The translations under genes were made by a program, and so were the position numbers. Shown in pieces: positions 58,899 through 64,000 of a DNA stretch of 64,000 bases. The notes below the pieces were generated by a model. The model searched no databases and was not told the origin of the DNA. It saw only the letters and a list, made by a program, of their open reading frames with translations. This DNA comes from Qipengyuania sp. GTDB lineage: Bacteria > Pseudomonadota > Alphaproteobacteria > Sphingomonadales > Sphingomonadaceae. The stretch spans positions 1,531,013 through 1,595,012 of the forward strand of contig OZ243959.1 of assembly GCA_965214525.1 (NCBI GenBank). Reading direction: 5' to 3'. The stretch's first letter is position 1. Each line of letters starts with the position of its first letter.

Positions 58899-61012
58899 GC
58901 GGCGAGAACCTCTTCGGGCAAGGAGTTGGAAGTCGGCAGCGCCTTGGCGGGCGCTGCTTGCTCGCCGACGACGGCGATCACATCGATGGGTTTTTCGGGC
59001 GGTAATTCGTTGATCGACAACACGGTGCATGCAGGCACGCGTAGGCGCAGCAATTGCGTCAGTACGCGGCGCGCGCGTGGCTGCACGATCAATGCCACCT
59101 GCCGGTTCTGGGCGGGCCGTGCGGCGCAGATTCGATCGATCTCCTGACCGAGGGTACGGGCCATATCGGCATCGAGAACGGGCTGCCCGGTCGCTGGATC
59201 GTGCATTCCGGATACGATCAAATGCTCCAGCGAGGCGTCGAGCGTGATAACCGGCAAAGGCTCTGTCGGCCCGGCAATCCGTGCGACGAGGACGCGACCC
59301 ATGGCCGCGCGCATCAGATCGACCAGCTGATCGTGATCGACGGTCGTCTGGACCGCCTGCGCCAGCAGATTGAACAGGGGCACGGGATGGGCAATCGCGA
59401 TGCCATCTTCCAACAGGTTACGCAGCAGGCGGGTCAGCGCGCCCAGCGGCAGGGGTTGCGGAGTGATCGCATCGACCAGCGCCGGATGGGATTGCCGGAT
59501 CAAGTCGACGATCGCGGCGATTTCCGACGGCCCGCACAGCAGATGCCCCCAAGCGGACAAGCTGTGATGCACATGCGTGGTGATGATATTCTCCGGCTCG
59601 ACGACGAGGTAGCCATCCGCCACCGCGGCATCATGATCCTGCGGCACGATCCATAAGGCAGGACAATCGAAGCTGGGATCGACGGTGGCTTGCCCGGTGG
59701 TAGCCGGATCGCCGACGACATCGCCAGTGTCGATCGCCAGCAACCGGTCCGGCCGGATCTGGCCCTGCGCAATCGGTGCGCCCCCCAGCAGAATGCGGTA
59801 TTCGCCGGGCGCGCAATCGAAACTGTCACGCACGCGGAATTGCGGTACGATGAAACCCAGGTTCGTGGACATCTGCCGACGCAGCGCGGTCAGCCGCGCG
59901 ACCAGCGGCGCGCCTTTGCGTTCCGCTGCCAGATGCACCAGTCCGTAGCCGATTTCGACCGTGACCAGGGCGTATTCGGCGATATCGGCGACGGTAAACG
60001 CCGCCGGTTCTACTTGTTCTGCCGATGCCGGGGCCGGCAGCATTCGCTCCGCATGGCGTTTGCGCAAGGTGCGCCAGATCGCACCGGCGATCCCGGCGAA
60101 GGGCAGGAAGACCGATTGCGGCATGGCGGGGATGCAGGCAAGGGCCAGCATGATCGCGGCCACCGGGGCCCAGGTACGATGGTCGGAGAACTGGCCGCCG
60201 ATCTGGCCGGTGAGGTCGCGGCTGTCGGAAACCCGCGTCACGATGATGGCTGCGGCGATTGACAGGAGCAAAGCGGGGACCGATGCGACCAGTGCATCGC
60301 CCACCGCCAGCGTCACGTAAAGCGAACCCGCCTCGGCCAGCGACAATCCATGGCTCGTCACACCCAATACGAGCCCGGCGATGATGTTCACCGCCAGGAT
60401 CAGCAAGGCGGCGATCGCATCGCCTTTGACGAACTTGCTTGCCCCGTCCATCGAGCCATAGAAATCCGCCTCGGTGGCGGTCTCGCGTCGGCGTGCCTTG
60501 GCTTCTTCCGCAGTGACCAGCCCGGCGGCGAGATCGGCGTCGATCGCCATCTGCTTGCCCGGCAGGGCGTCGAGGGTGAAGCGCGCGGATACTTCCGAGA
60601 CCCGCCCCGCCCCCTTGGTGACCACGACCAGATTGATGATCATCAGGATCATGAACACGAACAGTCCGACCGCAAAATCGCCGCCGATCAAGAACGCACC
60701 AAACGCCTCGATCACATGCCCCGCCGCAGCTTCCCCTTCATGTCCGTTCAACAGTACGACGCGGGTGGAGGCGACATTCAGGGCCAGCCGCAACAAGGTT
60801 GCGAACAGCAATACGGAGGGGAAGCTGGAGAAATCGAGAGGTTTGGCGGCATTGATGGCCGTCATCAGAACCGCGACCGACAAGGCGATGTTCAAGACGA
60901 AGAACACGTCGAGCAACATCGGGGGGATGGGCAGGATCATCAGGAAGATGATCGCGAGGATACCGGTGGGCAATATGACGGCCGGGGCGAAGCGAATGCG
61001 GGCCATCGTCAC
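58895..61012 (-). CDS. flhA: Flagellar export protein FlhA
   Basis: RLALNVASTR, ARFTLDALPGKQMAIDAD, FYGSMDGASKFVKGD. Confidence 0.95.
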   Translation of the reverse strand: MTMARIRFAPAVILPTGILAIIFLMILPIPPMLLDVFFVLNIALSVAVLMTAINAAKPLDFSSFPSVLLFATLLRLALNVASTRVVLLNGHEGEAAAGHVIEAFGAFLIGGDFAVGLFVFMILMIINLVVVTKGAGRVSEVSARFTLDALPGKQMAIDADLAAGLVTAEEAKARRRETATEADFYGSMDGASKFVKGDAIAALLILAVNIIAGLVLGVTSHGLSLAEAGSLYVTLAVGDALVASVPALLLSIAAAIIVTRVSDSRDLTGQIGGQFSDHRTWAPVAAIMLALACIPAMPQSVFLPFAGIAGAIWRTLRKRHAERMLPAPASAEQVEPAAFTVADIAEYALVTVEIGYGLVHLAAERKGAPLVARLTALRRQMSTNLGFIVPQFRVRDSFDCAPGEYRILLGGAPIAQGQIRPDRLLAIDTGDVVGDPATTGQATVDPSFDCPALWIVPQDHDAAVADGYLVVEPENIITTHVHHSLSAWGHLLCGPSEIAAIVDLIRQSHPALVDAITPQPLPLGALTRLLRNLLEDGIAIAHPVPLFNLLAQAVQTTVDHDQLVDLMRAAMGRVLVARIAGPTEPLPVITLDASLEHLIVSGMHDPATGQPVLDADMARTLGQEIDRICAARPAQNRQVALIVQPRARRVLTQLLRLRVPACTVLSINELPPEKPIDVIAVVGEQAAPAKALPTSNSLPEEVLAA

Positions 61013-61842
61013 ATCCCCATCCGCCGGATGACGGCGTAGGCATTGGCGATGTGTGCCGGTGGCGCGGCCCCCATACCGGTGGCCGAAAAGGCCCCCGTCA
61101 GCGTGTCGGCCATGCTCTGGCGCGGCGGGGCACTCGAAGCGGCGATCGCGGGGGACAGGTGCCGGTCCCCGCTCCAGGAACCCGCCGTGAGGCTGAATGT
61201 AGCCACCTCACTAAAAGATGAATCATCAGGCGATGCCGCCGCCAGCTTGTCCGCGAACAACGCGCGGACCTCGCTCAACGACCGGGCTTGTCCGCCGCGG
61301 TAGAAGACGGGGCGGTTCGCGCCCGCCGCCTCTGGAAACAGGGCAGCGGCATCCTGCCCGGGATCGACGGCGTGACTGCGAATGAACCGGATTGCGCCCC
61401 CCGCGCCCAGGAAGTGCGACAGGTAGAGCTCCGTCTCGTCCGGCGCCCGGCCGATCGCGCCTGATAGAGTCGCGGCGTTGTCGTTGGCGAACTCGCCCGC
61501 CATGAGGGAGGCGACATGCGGATCGAAACGCAGCCCCATGATCCGTTCGCGCATGCCCGGATCGGCGATGGCGTTGCGGCCGCCCCGACGATCGATCGCC
61601 TCGGCCGCCCAGGCCAGGCCGTGGGCGGCGCCGTGCTTCTTCACTGTATCGAGCCAAGTGCCTTGCGTGAATTGGAACAGCCCGGCCGCGCTTGATGTCG
61701 AGGCCTTCGCCGAAGGATCGAGCGCGCTTTCGACGCGCGCCTGCGCCATCAGAAAGCCGAAATCGGTGCGCGTGCGATGGGCGGCTTGCCGGATCGCTTC
61801 CTGCACGCGGGGCGCGCCCGGGACCGAACGAAGTTGAGGCAC
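61009..61842 (-). CDS. Flagellum-associated lytic transglycosylase-like protein
   Basis: QARVESALDP, AAGLFQFT, LYLSHFLGAGGA. Confidence 0.8.
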   Translation of the reverse strand: MPQLRSVPGAPRVQEAIRQAAHRTRTDFGFLMAQARVESALDPSAKASTSSAAGLFQFTQGTWLDTVKKHGAAHGLAWAAEAIDRRGGRNAIADPGMRERIMGLRFDPHVASLMAGEFANDNAATLSGAIGRAPDETELYLSHFLGAGGAIRFIRSHAVDPGQDAAALFPEAAGANRPVFYRGGQARSLSEVRALFADKLAAASPDDSSFSEVATFSLTAGSWSGDRHLSPAIAASSAPPRQSMADTLTGAFSATGMGAAPPAHIANAYAVIRRMGM

Positions 61843-61869
61843 GTAGCATTCTCCTTTGAGAAGCTACCA

Positions 61870-61886
61870 AGCAACAAGCGTGCCAA
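61870..61886 (-). promoter_or_regulatory. Sigma-54 promoter
   Basis: Minus strand TTGGCACG-CTTG-TTGCT, consensus -24/-12. Confidence 0.85.
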
Positions 61887-61910
61887 CCTTGCCTATTGAA
61901 GGAATGAACC

Positions 61911-62240
61911 CTAGCCGGCCGGCCCGTGGTTGACCCGGGTTGCGTAGGTCGACGCCTTGACGCCCGTAAGGCGCGTCAGCCGCCCTTCGATATTGGCCGC
62001 AATCGTGTTGCGCATACGGCGATTGAGCGCGTTGAGCTGTTTAATCGCGCTCAGCAAGCCAAGGCATTCCTCGTCGAGGTCGCTGCCGGAATGGTCCGAC
62101 AATTGCGCGCACATCGTCTGTTTCGTGTCGGCGCACAGCAGGATGCGATCGAGATCGAGGGTGGCAAGCGCTTGCCGTTCCCCTTCCAATACGGCGAGGA
62201 GCTGCCGGACGTTTTCGATCAGAGGTTGTGGATCAGCCAC
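61911..62240 (-). CDS. flgN: Flagellar chaperone FlgN-like
   Basis: Helical; LEGERQAL...LNALNRRM; directly downstream of flgM. Confidence 0.7.
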   Translation of the reverse strand: MADPQPLIENVRQLLAVLEGERQALATLDLDRILLCADTKQTMCAQLSDHSGSDLDEECLGLLSAIKQLNALNRRMRNTIAANIEGRLTRLTGVKASTYATRVNHGPAG

Positions 62241-62511
62241 GCGTTTTCTCCACGACGAAGCCGCGGGCGATCATCGCGTCGGCCAGACGTTCGGGCGTGA
62301 GCGCATAGCGGCCCGCGGCGATAGCGTCGGCAAGTTCGCGAACGCGCGCGGTATCGATCGGCACCGTTTCAGCGGTCTGGCTACGCACGGCGCCCGCACC
62401 ATCATCGCGCATGGACAGGCTCGCCTTTGCAAGCTCTTCGCGCGCGCCATTGTTGATGGACGCAGCGGTCCTGGCAGAACGCGGTGAGGCAGTGGGTTCT
62501 ATGGGATGCAT
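62233..62511 (-). CDS. flgM: Anti-sigma-28 factor
   Basis: PIDTARVRELADAIAAGRYAL..ERLADAMI. Confidence 0.85.
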   Translation of the reverse strand: MHPIEPTASPRSARTAASINNGAREELAKASLSMRDDGAGAVRSQTAETVPIDTARVRELADAIAAGRYALTPERLADAMIARGFVVEKTRG

Positions 62512-62539
62512 GAGTGCGCTCGCTTTGATCTTTTGCTCT

Positions 62540-62566
62540 AGAACGACAGCGGCGGTTGATCTTTAA
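62540..62566 (-). promoter_or_regulatory. Possible sigma-28 promoter for flgMN
   Basis: Minus strand TAAAG-N13-GTCGTT; imperfect match to TAAA...GCCGATAA. Confidence 0.45.
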
Positions 62567-62608
62567 GGGTCACGCGACCCACGCAAGGGGCCGCGCGAAT
62601 GCAGGCGA

Positions 62609-63121
62609 CTACAGCGTGGCCTGTCCTCTACCCGTCACGATCACCCAGACCGCGCGCGGTTCGCGTCGGCGGCTGTCTTCGGTAAAGCTCACGCGGATCG
62701 TTTCCCCTACAGAACCCGAGGACAAAGCCACCCCCTGTCGAAATAGCGTGAATCCACGGGCCGACACCGTGACCCGGATGGCGTCTCCTTTAACGACTGC
62801 ATCGTCGGCGAGGTCCGGCACCGGGGCGATACCGCGAACCGGTACGTAGATTCGCCAACCCGCATCGCCAGTGCAGGTGACCTTGACCGCCGATCGCGCC
62901 TTGCCGTGCCACGACAACGACAATGGCGCCAGGCATCGGGCCAACCGCAACCGGGGATCCACGACGATCGGCGAGCCATCGCTATCTGCCGAACGACCGA
63001 CGAATTCCGCGATAGCCTGTTCGATCACGGTCGTATCCTGCGTTTCGGCAGCGCGCAGGGTGGTCGATGGCACCAGGGTGCCGCACACCATCAACATCAT
63101 GCCCGTAAGCTTGTTCGTCAT
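62609..63121 (-). CDS. flgA: P-ring formation chaperone
   Basis: Signal peptide, DPRLRLARC, GWRIYVPV, VVKGDAIRV...GSVGETIRV. Confidence 0.8.
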   Translation of the reverse strand: MTNKLTGMMLMVCGTLVPSTTLRAAETQDTTVIEQAIAEFVGRSADSDGSPIVVDPRLRLARCLAPLSLSWHGKARSAVKVTCTGDAGWRIYVPVRGIAPVPDLADDAVVKGDAIRVTVSARGFTLFRQGVALSSGSVGETIRVSFTEDSRRREPRAVWVIVTGRGQATL

Positions 63122-63143
63122 CTATCATCTCTCAGCCGGTTGA

Positions 63144-63560
63144 TTACGTTCCACCTTTGGAAGCAAGTTTCGGGCCAGGCGAATGGGCCCCTTCGTAAAC
63201 CGTTTGCGCCGTGATCACGTTGCGGCTCGCCAGGCGCATGGTGACACGCACCGCCATGCCCCGGTCGATGACTTGCCTGGCAAGGGTCTGGCCCGTTTGC
63301 CAAGCGGTTTGCCCCTGATCCGACCGGTAGGCGATGGCGATCACGAAGGTCACGCGTGGATCGACCAGTTGCTCGTTCAACCAATCGGCGAAGGCATCGG
63401 CGTCTCCCTCGCCGCGCCAGATGGCTGCCGGCGAGGACGCGGGATCGGCTATCGGGGGGGCGGTCGGCTCGGCCCGACCGGATGCCGCGCCGAGGATGAG
63501 CAGGATGAAGGCCAGATCGGCAAGGACCGTTTCCCAGGAAAACGATGTCGCCAGGGTCAT
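63144..63560 (-). CDS. Short MotB-like stator protein
   Basis: SWETVLADLAFILLIL resembles the MotB TM with conserved Asp; coupled to upstream MotA-like ORF. Confidence 0.6.
   Translation of the reverse strand: MTLATSFSWETVLADLAFILLILGAASGRAEPTAPPIADPASSPAAIWRGEGDADAFADWLNEQLVDPRVTFVIAIAYRSDQGQTAWQTGQTLARQVIDRGMAVRVTMRLASRNVITAQTVYEGAHSPGPKLASKGGT
63162..63178 (-). promoter_or_regulatory. Sigma-54 promoter for flgA
   Basis: Minus strand CTGGCCCG-AAAC-TTGCT. Confidence 0.7.
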
Positions 63561-64000
63561 GCGGCAATCCGCGTGAGAGGTTGCGCGCCACTACGACGCA
63601 GTTGCGTTTCCATCCAATCGTACAGTTCCTCGCGCCGGTCGTCATCCTTGCTCCCGCTGCGATCGATCCAATGAGCCAGGGGGACGAGGATCAGCTGCGA
63701 CAGCACGATGCCGGCAAGGGTGGTAAAGATTGCAGCGCCTGCCGCAGCCATTGCGCCGGCCTGGCCCCCTTCGAGCGTCGACAATTGGCCGAGTGACCAC
63801 AAGGTGCCCGCCAGACCCATGGCCGGAGCCAGTGCCGCCGCCTGGGTGACGATGCGGCTTGCCTTGCGGTGGGCTGCGAGGCGCGTCAACCGGGCCTGGC
63901 GACGGTAAGCGCCCAAACCCTGCGTGGACCGGGACTGGACCATTCCGGCAAAGGCCTTGTCGAACTCCGCATCGCAGATCGGCACGACCTTGGCCGCGTA
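63557..64000 (-). CDS. MotA/TolQ/ExbB proton channel protein (3' part; starts beyond window)
   Basis: LAPAMGLAGTLWSL...IFTTLAGIVL..LILVPLA; frame open to window end. Confidence 0.7.
   Translation of the reverse strand, partial: YAAKVVPICDAEFDKAFAGMVQSRSTQGLGAYRRQARLTRLAAHRKASRIVTQAAALAPAMGLAGTLWSLGQLSTLEGGQAGAMAAAGAAIFTTLAGIVLSQLILVPLAHWIDRSGSKDDDRREELYDWMETQLRRSGAQPLTRIAA

Noticed and set aside
1-64000. CRISPR array, IS elements, rRNA, recognisable defence systems
   Set aside because: No regularly spaced repeats, transposase motifs or rRNA-like sequence seen by eye

Overview
GC-rich alphaproteobacterial chromosomal segment. Gene content and order suggest Sphingomonadales, probably Erythrobacteraceae (inference). 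Positions 1-4014 are the right end of an integrative element: a partial strawberry-notch/methylase-like gene, a Zn-finger/TOPRIM primase-like gene, a lytic transglycosylase, a DUF5818-like gene and a tyrosine integrase. It ends at a 3' fragment of tRNA-Val(CAC), the likely att site, and has a perfect alphaproteobacterial LexA box in its divergent promoter. The rest is mostly housekeeping: TetR/TonB receptor, rodZ-cpoB-tilS, the Entner-Doudoroff cluster (zwf-edd-glk-eda), serS-surE-K+ channel-rimO, ptsP, rcdA, glpK, nadA, lipB, a siderophore-type receptor with iron boxes, a cheAWYBR-GGDEF/EAL-MCP cluster, a B12/iron ABC transporter, and part of a sigma54/sigma28 flagellar cluster (fliA, flhA, flgN, flgM, flgA, mot-like genes). 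The most striking unannotated signal is a 15-codon Trp-rich ORF (MWNMWHWLLGTPRHS, 16313-16360, minus). It has a strong RBS, a strand-specific terminator and CtrA-like upstream repeats, and lies directly downstream of a membrane CHASE2-like/degenerate-GGDEF/EAL gene whose sensor domain is markedly AT-rich. This is a candidate micropeptide/c-di-GMP signalling cassette. All family assignments come from motif recognition by eye; no searches were run.
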